A DNA stretch of 64,000 nucleotides from Octopus bimaculoides. Its lineage: Eukaryota. The DNA is taken from positions 32,765,630 to 32,829,629 of the forward strand of contig NC_068995.1 of NCBI RefSeq assembly GCF_001194135.2. Direction: 5' to 3'. Made by a program: the position numbers and the translations under genes. Below are positions 24,022 through 37,330 of the stretch, piece by piece. Under the pieces are notes generated by a model. That model worked only from the letters and a program-made list of their open reading frames with translations, was not told the origin of the DNA and ran no database searches. Numbering within the stretch: the first letter of the stretch is position 1; each line of letters begins with the position of its first letter.

Positions 24022-25258
24022 CAGGGGTTGGACAAATAGTGGAAACACCTTAAAATTTCAAACAAATTTATTTTTAAATGGGGTGAGACTACCTTTGGCA
24101 GTAATTACAGCTTGAATTCTACGAGATATGAACTCGTACAAAGTTTCAATTGTTTCCAAAGGAATTTTTGTCCATTCTTCAGCAAAAACAGTCTCCAGTT
24201 CTTGCAGTGATGATGGTGGAGGATATCGACTCCTTACTTGTTTTTCTAAAATGCACCATAAATGTTCAAAGAAATTAAGATCTGGGGACTGTGGTGGCCA
24301 GATAAGTTGTTCAACTTCACTAGAATGTTCCTTGTGCCATTCAGTAACAACTTTAGCTGTGTGAATTAGTGCATTATCATCCTGAAAGATTGTGTTTCCC
24401 TCCGGAAACAGTTCCACAACCATAGGATGAATTTGATCAGATAATTCTGCCATGAAAGGAAACCATTGGGCTGGCAGATTTCCAAGATATATCTACCTCA
24501 GATCATCACAGATCCTCCTTCATGTTTAACAGTTGGAAGAAAGCAGTCGAGGTCAAATGCTTCTTCTGGCTGTCTCCACACGTATACTCGGCCAGTGGTT
24601 GGAAATAAGGTAAAGGATGACTCATCTGAGAAAATAACATTCTTCCACTACTTTAGGGACCAATTCTGTAGGTTTTTTACTCCACTCTAAACGCTTTGCA
24701 ATGTTTTTTTTTAAAGTTGTAGTTTTCTGATTGCAGCCCTCTCATGAATCTGGCTTTGTGCAGCTCCCAGCAAACAGTTTTTGTGGAAACTGAGTTCTCG
24801 AGGTGGTCATTAAGCTCTGCAGTAATTTTGGGAGCTGCACTTTTGTGATTCTTTCTAACAATTTGCGTAAGAGTTCAGCGGTCCCTATCTGAAAGTTTGG
24901 GTTTTCTTCCGGAGTTTTATTTTGACAAGGAGGTTTTTCCCTCTTTCTCAAAGGCTGTTATTACTTTCGAGACAGTACTTCTTGATACACCAAATATTTT
25001 GGCTGTTTTCATTACGTTAGCACCTGCCATAAGAGCACCAACAATTTGACCTCTTTCTAAGTCTGATAGATCTGTCATTTTAATGAATTTTAATTACCTT
25101 TTTCTGATCATATCTGAAAAGAAACAGCAATTTTAGCAAAACATATCAAGCAACACTAATAATAAATAAAAAATAAAAAATAAACAAGCTTTTGACGGTT
25201 TTATAGATATTTCAAAATTATGCTATGATGCTAGGTGTTTCCATTACTTTGTTCCCTG
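24022..25258 (-). mobile_element. Tc1 DNA transposon with both TIRs and an internally deleted transposase
   Basis: TA|CAGGGGTTGGACAAATAGTGGAAACACC...GGTGTTTCCATTACTTTGTTCCCTG|TA; ATG at 25078 (MTDLSDLERGQIVG); C-terminal FQDDNA...WPPQSPDLN..EHLW (DD34E-type). Confidence 0.93.
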
Positions 25259-25261
25259 TAT

Positions 25262-25412
25262 GTGATGGACTACTTTCAATTTCCTCCTATTAAATCCACA
25301 AGACTGTTTGGCCTGGAGCTAGAGCAGAAGATACTTGCCCAAGGTGCTGTGGAGTGCAACTGAACCCAAGACCATATGGTTTGGAAGCAAGCTTCTAACC
25401 ACACAGCCATAC
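25262..25412 (-). mobile_element. Nin/Deu-core SINE 5' half
   Basis: gaagatacttgcccaaggtgc...gaaccc...ggaagcaagcttctaaccacacagcc. Confidence 0.75.
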
Positions 25413-25483
25413 TATAGCTTCATTGTTTCATCATGTTAAACATTTTTGAGGTTATTGAAGACTTAGAATGTAGATAAACTATA

Positions 25484-25845
25484 ATCATCATCATCATTTA
25501 ATGTCTGCTTTCCATGCTAGCATGGGTTGGATGGGTTCACAGGAGCTGGAGGCTGCACCAGGTTCCGTTGTCAGTTTTTGGCGTAGTTTCTATAGTTGGA
25601 TGCCCTTCCTATGCCAGCCACTTTATGGAGGTTACTAGGTGCCTTTTGCATGGCACCAGCACCAGTGCTTTTTACACGATACCAGCATCAACAAGGTCAC
25701 CAAGTAACTTGCAAGACAAAACCGCTTTAGCTGGAAGGAGGAGCACAAGTGAGGGGTAGGACTTTGTGCCAGTCAATGAGAGATTAGAAGTATAGAGGGA
25801 CAGGAGTAGGTGTCTTGTTGTAGAGTAGATACATGGATAATATAA
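25484..25845 (-). mobile_element. RTE 3' UTR and tail
   Basis: (CAT)n ttaatgtctgctttccatgctagcatggg; 25700-25840 is the reverse complement of 2620-2745. Confidence 0.8.
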
Positions 25846-26282
25846 TGTTAGTAACAATATAATAAATACTAAGCATAACTCAGGTGTGAATTTTAGGTTC
25901 TCATTCTGTTACAATATTTACAACTTCCTACTTTATTGAATGTTGTCGACTTTATGCTTTATTTATGATTTATTATTATGCAGTGGAAATTGGATCCTTT
26001 CTATTTTAAATGGTAAATTTGTGTCACATGGAGCCACTCTGTTACTAAGAATCAAAACTTGTCCAGTCAAGGTATCACTTATTATTGAAGCTTCAATATA
26101 GTTGAATACAATTCAGATGAAGATTAAGAGTACAACTGCTCCAGTTTTCAAACTTAGAAAATATAGTGCCATTCTAGAAAGTATGAGCAAATTATTAACT
26201 AGAATATCAGTCAGTTTTCAGTTGATCATTACTAATTTTTCTTTACTAAAATATTTTTAAGACTTACAGATGCTGAAAATAA

Positions 26283-26973
26283 TGTAGCGTAATGTGTGAT
26301 GTTGATGGATGAATGTAAGTTCACGGGTGTAGCAGATGATGCAAGGCGTGTTGGACTGGCATCAAAGGAAAACAATGAAGAAAGAATAGGAATGTAGTTT
26401 ACATTATTTATTTGGTCACAGTTGCATTTACTTTGTTGGATACTTGAATCAAATATGCTGCTGCATAAAGTAGCCAACTACTTTGAATTGGCGAAGTAAA
26501 AATGGAGGAAAGAGAATGTTGATGGGACAAGATAGTACTAAGACATATTTTGTGTCTGCGTGTGCATTTGTCATTCAACTATGTTGTATTGTTTCTCTTT
26601 CTTGTCTGTTTTGTGGTCTGCAACTACTAACTGTTGCGTGTCGCTCTACTCACAGTGGTCACCATCTCATCACAGTGCTGACTGTTCACTGCTAGCTCAT
26701 GCTGGCTAAGTGGCATGTGTCTATGGGAACTCGTATTTATAATGGCCTCTTCTAGCTAGAAGGATGAATATACCATTACAAGAGTGGCTTGTACCTATTT
26801 AGGTCAAATGTTGTCCATCTGAACTTTCCGTGACACAGCCCAGATCGGAGGCCATCACTTTTTGACAGGACAAAGAAATTTTTCCACCTGGTCAGCCAAT
26901 TAGCGGTAGATCAGGTGAGCAAGAATTCTTAGATTCGGTTTTGAATCTCAGCCCATAAAATGTAGTTTCCACA
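26283..26973 (-). mobile_element. Putative solo LTR (about 690 bp)
   Basis: TG...CA ends (tgtagcgtaa...gtttccaca); minus strand has TATAAATA near 26740 and AATAAA near 26410; flanking 4-mers ataa/atca match 3 of 4. Confidence 0.55.
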
Positions 26974-27039
26974 ATCAGATTATACAGGAAGATATCATAC
27001 TCAACAACTGGTATAGCAGTATTATAATCAACTGCTACA

Positions 27040-27715
27040 AGGATAAAGGAGACGCCTTAAATAGCAGTAATTACAGAAGTATCATATTGATGGACTGGAT
27101 CATGAAAGTGACAGAAAAAGTTACTGCTCAACTAACTAGGAAGAGTTAGCCCAGATGAGATGCAGTTTGGTTTCTGTCAGGAAGAAGCACTATTGATACA
27201 CTCTTTATAGTAAAGCAATTACAGGAATAATTGCCTTACTAGAAAAATAAACTGCTAGAAAAACCTTTCATAGTGTCACTTACCCGCTTACCCTTGTTGC
27301 AGAAGTTAGGGATAAATGAATAGCAGGTGAGAGCCATCCAAGCCATGTACACAGATGTTGTTGATAAGGCAAGAGTTAGCTATGAACATAGCAATGAATT
27401 TAGTATGCAGGTAGTTCACCAGGGCTCAGTTCTTCATCCTCTTCTTCTTCATCATAGTCCTCCAGGCTATGACAGAGGGCTTACGATTGGTTGCCTATGG
27501 GAGCTCCTCTATACTGATGACCTTGATCTTATAGCTGAATCTGTAGTAGAATTAAAACTGTAATTCTAGGCGTGGAAGCAAAACCTAGAATCAAAGGGCC
27601 ATGAAGTTAACTTAAAGGAGACCAAAGTTGTAATAAGTAGGAAAACAGACAAACCACTAATCCTTGCAGGAAAATACTCCTGTTTAATATGTAGAATGTT
27701 TGTGTGCATGGTGGT
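27040..27715 (+). mobile_element. RTE LINE RT fragment
   Basis: MQFGF..GRST.D.LF..KQLQE and VHQGSVL.PLL...WELLYTDDL (ORF 27327..27563). Confidence 0.85.
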
Positions 27716-28299
27716 TGGCAGGATTGATGAAATTTTGGCCCTGGTTTACAATAAGTGATCAAATAGACATAGTAAATTTAATAGCTTGTCAAATTAATGT
27801 TAATTATCAATGCAATTTTATTTCTGTAACATCTGATACTTGAAGGAAGCATTTCTTTCTCCAATGATCTCTTTCATAGTTCTCCAATGGTCTCTCTTAC
27901 ATAGTCTATCTGTATCTGAATGAATGCTTCTGAAAACAATCAGATTGCTCTAAACTCAACAGCAACATACACAGCCCTTCTGAACGTATATCAGTCTGTA
28001 ACTGTTCTGGTTTTGTCCACTTAATTATTTTTCTCTGCATCAGTACCAATACCCTAAAACTATATAAGACAACTGCTTCAACAATAAGTAGGTTTTAGAG
28101 AGAGAGAAGAAGAAACTTTTCTAAAACAATTTTATGACATTACCAACAATATCCATCCACAACTTGGACATTTTGCGAATTTGCAATTAGCTTGAAATAT
28201 CTCACAAACCATATCCTTTCTCATGAACCCAAGGCTCGCACTTATACAAAAGTGTTGCTATCCTTTCGGGGTCAATAAAATAAGTACTAGGATTGCCTA

Positions 28300-29300
28300 G
28301 TACTTCGAATTTATATTCCATCTTAAACAATAACAAATTATAAGTTAATCATAGTTTAGTGTCGTCAATAATAAAACCCCGCCTGATATCAGAAAGTGAA
28401 AACTAGTTACGTTACACCAAAAAAATCTCTGCGCGTAGCTAATAGCATTTACGCAGTCTCGATCTTCAAGATTTTACAAACAGCTAAGAAAATGAAACTT
28501 TATATTTTGCAATTTGAACAGTGGTTATAAATTTATCATAAAACTCATAAAACTGAGCTACGAAAACGCAACCGATGTGACGAAGAGTTGGTGTATTTTC
28601 GACGTAAATAAAACAATGCGTAAGAAATAATAAATATGATAAAGGACTAATACATTAATAAATAAGGAAAATGTTTTACAAGGAAGAAATAAATTCAATA
28701 AATAAGCAGGTGTCTTACATTCAACATACATTGTTTACATTATCATCGAATGATTTAATGAGACAAAAATAAACTAGTAATGTTCTAGATTTAACTCTCT
28801 AAAACTAAATATTGATTTTAAAAACGTATAACATTAGAACTGATCTTACCGTAAGACTTCCAGAATAACACCCCAAGAAATATAAACAAAGTCACAAGTA
28901 CTCTTCGTAACTCGCCCATCATTTGCATTTTCATGTAATTTCCTCCTTTACTATAACTCTAATCGCATTACATATGAACTTCAGTCCAAACAGTTTCTGG
29001 AACACTTGTACTTGAAAGATAACATCGTAATAAATCTATTTAGCAATTGGCAAAACAATGATCAATTAAACATACGAAATAGAAAGTGTGACCGACAGAA
29101 ACTCAAAGCGGAAGTAATCGTTTACTTGCAAAATGAAGAGTTCTACAAACTTGCAGGAATTTTTTCCGTGACAACTCCCCAATAACGATCGCTAGATGTC
29201 AACTGGGTATATCATCACGATATAATTACTGTATGATTATTAATTAACTAGAAGTACTGGTCATGGTAGCTGATGCTGTTACTCATTAACTGTTAAAGAG
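28300..29300. promoter_or_regulatory. CpG-enriched promoter-like zone
   Basis: CpG density visibly higher than in the flanks, no SINEs, surrounds a first-exon-like segment. Confidence 0.4.
28850..28934 (-). CDS. Candidate first coding exon with signal peptide or anchor (MKMQMMGELRRVLVTLFIFLGVLFWKSY)
   Basis: ATG at 28934, basic residues followed by a hydrophobic stretch, strong donor G|gtaaga at 28850/28849 (phase 1). Downstream exons not established. Confidence 0.5.
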
Positions 29301-29667
29301 AAGATGAAGATACCAAGTATATGAATAAGAGATTTTGATTTTGTTGTTTCTACATTAGATGCATGATAAAAAAAAAAAAATACTGATCACAATTGCTAAG
29401 TCAGATAAATGATGAACAGCAAAGCGGACAATGCCATAACAAACGGGAGTTCAATATCCATAAAGAAATTTCATTAAAATTTATTTCCTGGAGTTAAGAA
29501 TTAACATCAGAGATAGAGTTAAAGAACAGAGATATGCAATAAACCAATTTCTCAATGAAGTATTATATCTCTCATAAAAAGTGCTTTATATATAAGCTGT
29601 AGTATAGACTATCTAAATGAATAAAATCTATTTTCTCATTCCATATTGTCCACTCATCTGGGTGATT

Positions 29668-29800
29668 TGTGTTAGGAAAGGCATCTATCTATAAAAACTG
29701 TGCCAAAAGAGACACAGAAGTTTGGTGCACACTCCTGCCTGGCCAACTCCTGCCAAACCGTCCAATCCATGCCAGCATGGAAAGCAGACGTTAAATGATG
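29668..29800 (+). mobile_element. RTE 3'-tail fragment
   Basis: ttaggaaaggcatc...ccatgccagcatggaaagcagacgttaaatgatg. Confidence 0.8.
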
Positions 29801-29906
29801 TGGGTTTTTCAATTGAAAACAGTTGGTTTTTACCTGAAAATTAAGTGTTAGGAGTGCATACAGATAACACCTCCACAATATCTACAGTACACACACAATA
29901 CATTAA

Positions 29907-30123
29907 CTCTTCAGCATTTTAACTGGCCCTATCTCATTCAAATAGTTTTCCTATTTTATGTTTGAACCAACCACATCCAGCCTCTCAAACCTACATTACA
30001 ATGCCAATCTAAAAATAATAATCACAACATTGAAACTTCCAAGCTACAAGATAATGCATGAGTAATTCAAAGTGAGAATATATAAGCATTACATTTGGCA
30101 GAATAATCTGAATGCTTAAAGAG
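29907..30123. mobile_element. TTAA-flanked MITE (second piggyBac-type family)
   Basis: TTAA|CTCTTCAGCATT...AATGCTTAAAGAG|TTAA; related copy at 54325-54539. Confidence 0.75.
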
Positions 30124-30919
30124 TTAAAGAAAGAAAAACAATTCACAAACCCAGTTAGACCACTCACAGATACCACATTTAGCAAATGCAAGTGTAGGGA
30201 TTTGAACCCCAACTGCAAAATTACCAGTTCACTGTCATGACTGAACCACACCATTTTCATGTGAACAACTAAATATTAACCAATCAGCTTGATATTTGAG
30301 ATATTGAACATAATCTCAAATGCTCTTGCAATTCATGTGATAACCAGTACCTGTAAAGATTTAAGAGTAGAAGTTCAAAACCACCACAGAGAACACATCT
30401 CACCTTTCCCCATAAACCAGACCAGAGCAGAGCTCTAAAGACATTTCAAGTAGGATACATTTCTGCTTCATTTGTAAGCTAAAACAATGCAAAAGCATAT
30501 TGTGACCAGCGATGTGTAACATCTGAAAGCCTGGTTGGTCACATGATCACATGATACATGCTTAGCCTTCCCTTAATAAAATCTATTGTTAAATGTTTGT
30601 GAGTTTGCTTTGCTGTAATGTACACAGCTAGCTTAATCTTACATCATGACTGGTATAGCAACAACATCAATTTTTGACAATGATACAAACACAACACCAC
30701 CATCTTGCAACGACAGTGAATGTGACACAGAAATGCCATTATAATCTTACACCAGAAATACAACATGCATCCCATGACAATGGTAACACTACAACTAAAG
30801 AATCCACAATAATAGCACAAACAATACATTAGATCCATTATGGATTAAACCAGCCTTGTTTGGGTTTCCAATCTCTCCAGTAAAACAAAATATTAATTTA
30901 AGATACAAAGAATACAAAA

Positions 30920-31715
30920 TGGTGTTTTATGCATTTCAGCGTGTTGATTGCAGTAAACCTTTGCTTTAATGCCTTGATTGGCTTCCAGAAAGCTGCAATG
31001 GACAACACCAATTGCAGACCACCAGACAGTCACCATAATCTTTTGCTGATGCAACTTTGGCTTTGGGGGACTCATCACGATCAAGCCATTGACCTGATCG
31101 TTTATGATTATCATAAAGGATCCACTATTCGGTCAAGAAAAGGATCGTTGGTGTTTTGCAGAAAGAGCATCAAGCACACTACAAAATGCCAAACTTTTTG
31201 ATTTTCATTGAGTTCATGTGCTACCCATTTATTGAGTTTTTCACCTTATCAATCTTCTGCAGATTGCATGAGACCATTGCAATACCGATACCAAGTGCCT
31301 GAGACATTTCTGTGATACTTTGACATGGGTTTTGTTCAACAATTGCTTTCAGTTGTTCATTGCCAAGACTGCATGACCGTCCTCTACCTTCTTCATCTTC
31401 AAGGCTCTCATCACCACTACAGAATTTCTGAAACCACCTTCGTACTGTGCGATTACTTGTGGACCCCTCTCCCCATGCTCTGTTGATATTGGCAGCAGTT
31501 TGGGAGGCATTGTGTCCAAGCTTGAACTCATGCAAGAAAAGTAAGCGAAGGTCCTTTTTTGTCATGTTCATAATTAAGGGTGCTTATGCTTCAAGAATGC
31601 TTTCTATCTGAAATAAGTAGAAAATTATTAAAGATCATACATCAATTATTAAGTATGTCAAAATTCACCTAAATACAACACTTAGAGCGGCCATTATTTT
31701 CAGAACAACCTAATA
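30920..31715 (-). pseudogene. mariner transposase relic, 5' TIR present and 3' part lost
   Basis: ORF 31221..31571 LLFLHEFKLGHNA...VRRWFQKF.SGD.SLEDE..GR (mariner HTH); 30893..31114 PKPKLHQQKIMVTVWW; TIR tattaggttg at about 31715. Confidence 0.92.
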
Positions 31716-31881
31716 GTTAAACAAAATATGATTCACATAGCTCTACAATTTTCTATTATTATAAGCCACTAGAATATATACTTTCAACAATCAATCTCAA
31801 ATGAGTCAACCAAAATATATTTTGAAAAGTACCCAAATTAACAATGATATCATGAAATGATCTATACCAATAAATTATAAA

Positions 31882-33150
31882 GCATGATGATAAAATGCCA
31901 ATTTTTCACAACTATATATCAAGCTTGATTGATAAACCAAGAGTTTCATTTTGTTGGGAAGATCTTTGTTCTTAATGACCCATTTTGTACAAGGGAGAGT
32001 CAAAACTTATACACACTCTTGTTTTCTCAATGTGTTTATACAAAAGCAGGGAATAAACAAGTATGTCATTTTTCTATATAGCCTCCTTCCTTTTCGATGC
32101 ACTTGGTCCAATGGTCCATAAGCTTGCATATTCCCTCCAAGAAGAAAGTTTTTGGTTGGTCGTGCAACTATTTATATACCGCTTCCTTCATATCTTCATC
32201 TGTAGGAAATTGACAACCTTGTAAACTATTTTTGAGCAGTCCAAAGATATGATAGTTGGAAGGGGCAAGATCTGAGCTGTAGGCAGGGTGTTCCATCACT
32301 TCAAAACCCAATTGATTAATGGTTTCAACAATCTGGGCAGCTGTGTATGGGCATGCATTGTCATGCAACAACAAGACTTTCTTTGACAATAGGCTTCAGT
32401 GTTTGGTGTGATTTGCTGGCTTCAGTTTGTTGGCCAGCAAAGCACTGTATCTTGTACTGTTGATTGTACACCCCTTTTCCAGAGAAATTGAATCACTGCT
32501 CTTTGTTCTTCTTTGGTGCACATTGCTAGTGGAGCAGCCATGCTTACACTGTAAAGCCAGAAAGAAAAATGGCATGATCAGGCTCAAACTTCGATCACAT
32601 GACCACAATAGTACCAACTATAAGCACACATGTGCAGAAGGCAGTGTGACAATAATAAAGAGATGTTATGGGGAAAGTGTGGATAACTTTTGACTTCCCC
32701 TCGTAAGTTTGCAAATGCTGATTGGACTAACCCAGTTTTGTGTTCAACATTCTTTTCAGAAGTACATTTGATGGAAAGAAGACTTCTGAGACTGGGATAA
32801 GCGATAACTTACTTGAGAGATGTATTAAAGATAAAAATGTTGAAATCAAAGAGTTTGATCTTCCAAACAGACAGGGTGAGGGCTTTATTCTTCTTGATAT
32901 TCTATGGAAGGTGAAAGCAATCATATACACAAAAGAAGTTGTAGATTTCTAAAGTTTTTGATGTGTGTGACAGAGAGCAGCATTGTCATCTGGCTATGAA
33001 AAAATGGTGTCTGATGTCAACAACTGGATTGTTTGGTGGAATGTACACAAAAGCAGAGCATTGGTACAAAAACACAACTCTGCTTTGATAAAAAAAAAAA
33101 AAAGCATAACCTGACATATCTTCTTGCAATACTTCAGCTAGTGAGGTGAA
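31882..33150 (-). mobile_element. RTE (BovB-like) LINE fragment interrupted by a mariner
   Basis: 31882-31990 plus 32703-33150 is the reverse complement of 36566-37142, which lies inside a recognisable RTE RT. Confidence 0.8.
31991..32702 (-). mobile_element. Internally deleted mariner with both TIRs and TA TSD
   Basis: TA|CAAGGGAGAGTCAAAACTT...ACTTTTTGACTTCCCCTCG|TA; ORF 32168..32389 LLHDNA.PYTA...HPAYSSDLAPS.YH.F (DD34D-type). Confidence 0.92.
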
Positions 33151-33779
33151 GTATCTTCTTTTTTTTTTTCCTTTTATTGCAAAATTGCTCAAGGATGAGG
33201 AAAGACTTCTTTGACTCCTTCATTTATTTCCTTTATAACTTTGCATGATTCATGATTTTATTCAATTTGAACCAAGCAGTGTTTGCACAACGATAAACAA
33301 ATATTTATAGTTTTTTAAATTAATTTACATAAGGTGCACATGGCAAAAAAAAATGTTATTTCAGCAAAATGAAGACAGACTAAAAATAGATATATGTTAT
33401 ATTTTGATCAATTTTGAAAAAATTGTTATGTTAAGAACATCTTTTTGAAGGGTGAGTATCTACCTTCCTACTTAGAATCAACATATAGAATAAGACCCCT
33501 CTCCTAAAAAAAAATGAGCTGTTTGTATGCATGCTTCACCCTCACCTACCCCATCACACTACTGATAAGCACCTATCTGCAGTTCCAATACAAAATTCTT
33601 CAAATGTAAGTTCATTTTACCATCATAAATACTAGTGATTATTTTCAGATATGTGTGTATGTGTTAATTACGCAAATAAATACATAGCATGGCTCTACAT
33701 TTAGTATGTGGAGCAGAGTTAATGCATAATATTTTCTTAATTAGGAAGAGAATGTGGAAGAGGAGAATGGTGCAAGCAA

Positions 33780-34270
33780 CCATACTTGTGGTCATCATAG
33801 GACCTTCCATATGGTGAGGTGAATGAAGTTAAATTTAATTTAAATGTTTGTATGGTGACAGCAGTCAGCAAAATATAGGCAGGAAGAGACTCCCAGAGGG
33901 TTACAGTTGTTAAGGAATGACTGGCTAAAATATTTAGTTAGAGATCTGTGGGTGTGAGATGCAGTATAAATGATTTTATTTTTATGTTTTGTTTTTTAGC
34001 AATGGTCATGGATAATTTGACACCGCCAGTATACATAGAGAGAATGGTAAAGGACCAATGTTATGGCTAGTGTAATAACTGGGGAGGTGGCACAACAAGG
34101 AGGATAAAAGGAGGAGAGATGATCAAGTAAAGAGTGTCTCCATGAAGGCAGTATGAGGTCAGCCAACTTTGAGGAACAGAAGCCTTTGTAGCAGTGATAG
34201 AAAAGGCAGAGAAAGGAAATGTCTTATCTTGTAGGCCAAAAGCTACAAGATGAGTAGGAATGGCTTTATT
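33780..34270 (-). mobile_element. CR1/L2/Jockey-group LINE 3' fragment
   Basis: Minus strand ttttctatcactgctacaaaggcttctgttcctcaaagttggct resembles the LFY.Y..G.CS.EL C-terminal motif; highly degenerate. Confidence 0.45.
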
Positions 34271-34499
34271 CTAATCAGATGAATGGTTTTTCTCTACTTG
34301 TGATCAACAAGCAACTTTTTAACAACAGACAACACCAACACCTCCGTGAAGTAACAAGATATCCTTAACCACTGAATGGGACATTTTCTTCTCACTGATT
34401 TGAATTCAACAACAGCATAAGATTTATTGATAAATATCTTGCATCATCCTAAACAATTATGGATGAATAAATAATTACAGAGGCATTATATTTTTGGGT

Positions 34500-36024
34500 C
34501 AGGTGATGAAAGTCACAGAAAGGGTCCATAGCTCAATTAATTAGGAAGCGAGTTAATGTAGATGAGATGCAGTTTGGATTTGTGCCAGGTAGAAGCACCA
34601 CTAATGCTATATTCCTGGTGAAGCAACTGCAGGAGAAGTATTTTGCCAAAAATAAACCTCTGTACTTGGCTTTTGTTGAAATGGAGAAAGCCTTTGGCAA
34701 GGTCCCCTGCTCTCTTATCTAGTGGTTAATACGGAAGCTAGAGATAGATGAGTGGTTAGTGAGAGCTGTACAAACCATGTACAGGGATGTTGCCAGTAAG
34801 GTGAAGGTTGGCAGTTCATCAAGGATCAGTTCTCAGCCCCCTCTTGTTTATTTCAGTTCTCTAGACCTTAAGAGAGGAATTCAAGACCAGCTGTCCCTGG
34901 GAGCTTCTCTACACTGATGTCCTTGTTCTTATAGCTGACCTAGAGAAGAAATTTCAGGCATGGGAGCAAGGCCTGGAATCTAAGGGCCTTATGGTTAATT
35001 CAACAAAAACCAAAGTCCTAGTAAGTAAGAAAACAGACAAATCACAAGCCCCTTCAGGAAGATGGCCCTGCTCAATATGTAAGAAGGATAGAAACTCCAT
35101 GTGTTGTATCCAGTGCAGGTATCACAGGAAGGTTAATGGAGAAAATAGTCTTATATGTGGCAAATGTTCAGGTACAATAAGCACTAGAAATGTGCAGATA
35201 ATAGACTCCCTCAAGTGCTTGGGGTCGGGGGAATCATTAGAAGTAGTAGATAGCTTCTGTTACCTAGGTGATCCAGTTAGCAGTGGAGGAGGAACTTAGA
35301 GATCTACCTTTTTTGGTAATTAAAGGCCTCTCCCTCAGAGTGAAAGGCAGGTTGTATGATGCCTATGTAGTACAACTATGCTACTTGGCAGTGAAACATG
35401 GGCTTTAACTACAGAGGACTTGCAAAGGCTTGAAAAAAAATGAATCTAGCATGCTTTGCTGGATTGGTAATGTCAGTGTGCATGCACAATAGAATGTAAA
35501 TCATTTAAGAGGAAAATTGGGTGTAAGAGGCATCAGATGTTGCATGCAAGAGAGAAGGGCTGCGCTGGTTTGGTCATGTGGTGCATATGGATGAGGACAG
35601 CTACATAAAGAAGTGCTGAGCTCTAATTATGGAGGGAACCTGTGGGAAGGATAGACCCATGAAGACATGGGACTAAGTGGTAAGAAAGAATCTTTGGACA
35701 CTGGACTTCACCGGGAAAATGACAAGGGACCAGGAGTTGTGGTGATTTGATGTACTTGAGAAGATACATCAAGTTAAGTAAAATCACTATCATTCATACA
35801 TATAGGCTTGTCCTTTACAGGTGCCAGTGCCACAAAGATGCAAAAATGCACCTGTGCCAGTGGCACGTAAAATGCACTTTGGATACTCTGTAAAGTGGTT
35901 GACATCCAGCCATAGAAACCATACCACAAGAGACAAATTGGAGTCTGGACGGCTACCCAGCTGGCCAGCTCCTGTCAAATTGTCCAGCCCATGCCAGCAT
36001 GGAAAAATCAACATTAAACTATGT

Positions 36025-36055
<31 letters not shown>
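34500..36055 (+). mobile_element. 5'-truncated RTE LINE: RT through (GAT)n tail
   Basis: DEMQFGFVPGRSTTNAIFLVKQLQEKY...LAFVEMEKAF; GL.VNSTKTKVL; EVVDSFCYLGD; tail at 35815-36055. Confidence 0.9.
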
Positions 36056-36069
36056 GTTCAACTATCATT

Positions 36070-37330
36070 TTAAGAGTCTGAAAATACCATGAACAGTGTG
36101 AAACTAGGAAAATCCCCAGATCTTAACAAAATCTTTCTTGAATTACAGGAACATGGTGGACTACCCTCCAAAACCAAACTTTTCTCTCTGATTCTGAAGA
36201 AATGACAAGACCACTGAATCCCAGATAAATTTAAAGATGCAATTATTATCACCACCTTGAAGAAACAAGATTGAAAATCTTGTGGGAATGTTCATGGAAT
36301 GACATTGATATCCATTAAGAGAAAGATATCAGCAAGAATCTTTCTAGATGGTCTCCAGATCATTGCAGACAAGATTTTTCCCAAATCTCAATACAGTTTT
36401 TGTGCCTGTTGCAACACAATTTACATTATTTTTTTGTGCAATCCCAAGAGAAAAATAGACAACTAAGAAACTATTTATCTTTGTCTTCTATAAAATGAAA
36501 AAGGGTTTTGATGGTGTACCAAGAGATGCTTTTTGAATGGTTCTTCAATGTTCTGCCTGCCCAAGTTCTTCACCTCATTAGGTGAAACACTGCAAGAAGG
36601 TATGTCAGGTTATGTTTTTTATCAAAGCAAGCAGTTCTCAGTTACATGTAGCAGGGTTGTGTTTTTGCACTAATGTTCTTTCCTTAATATTTGTTTGTGA
36701 TACTTTTGTGTACATTCCACCAAACAATCCAGATGTTGACATCAGACACCATTTTTCATGGCCAGATGACAATACTGCTTTCTGTCACACACATCAAAAA
36801 CTTTAGAAATCTACAACTTCCTTTGTGTATATGATTGCTTTCACCTTCCATAGAATATCAAGACAACCAAAGTCCTCACCCAATCTGCATTGAAGATCAA
36901 ACTCTCTGATTTCAACATCTTTATCTTTAATACATCTCTCAAGTAAGTTATTGCTTATCCCACTCTTAGAAGTCTTCTTTCCATCAAATGTACTTCTGAA
37001 AAGAATGTAGAACACAAATCAGCATTAGGAAATTTACAAAATGGGTTATTAAGATCAAAGTTCTTCCCCACAAAATAAAACTTTAGTTTATCAGTCAACA
37101 ATGTTATATGCTAGTGAAAAATGGATACTTTATTATCATGACATCAAAAAGCTGAAGTATTCCCATCAACAAAAACTTCACACCATCTTAAGCATCAAAC
37201 AGAGGGACTACATAGCCAACAAAGCATCCTAGGAAATATAACCAACAGTCAAAATATGAAATCTACCACTTAGAAACACTGGCTATAATGATCAGGGCAT
37301 GCAATTAGAATGAAAGAAGAGAAATTACTT
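36070..37330 (+). mobile_element. RTE (BovB-like) LINE relic
   Basis: Degenerate KSP.L..IF.ELQEHGG, PDKFKDAIII, CPKFF..EGM, QGCVFA, PDD.A, TK..V...TMLYASE.W motifs in the expected order. Confidence 0.8.

Noticed and set aside
26232-26477. ORF MATLCSSIF... as exon 2 of the signal-peptide gene
   Set aside because: TTG start directly after a stop, and it lies inside the putative solo LTR.
27835-27935. Phase-compatible exon DTDRLCKRDHWRTMKEIIGERNASF
   Set aside because: Weak donor (gtatca) and an internal ~24-nt tandem duplication; not supportable without transcripts.
33365-33451. Plus-strand exon ending at a strong GG|gtgagt donor
   Set aside because: All three frames contain stops between the nearest acceptors and the donor.
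32760-37008. Apparent inverted duplication of an exon (STFDGKKTS.TGIS.NLLERCIKDK..., with AG/GT sites in both copies at 32760 and about 37000)
   Set aside because: Both copies are the antisense strand of RTE LINE RT sequence; the open frame and splice-like sites are by-products of two insertions of one LINE family.
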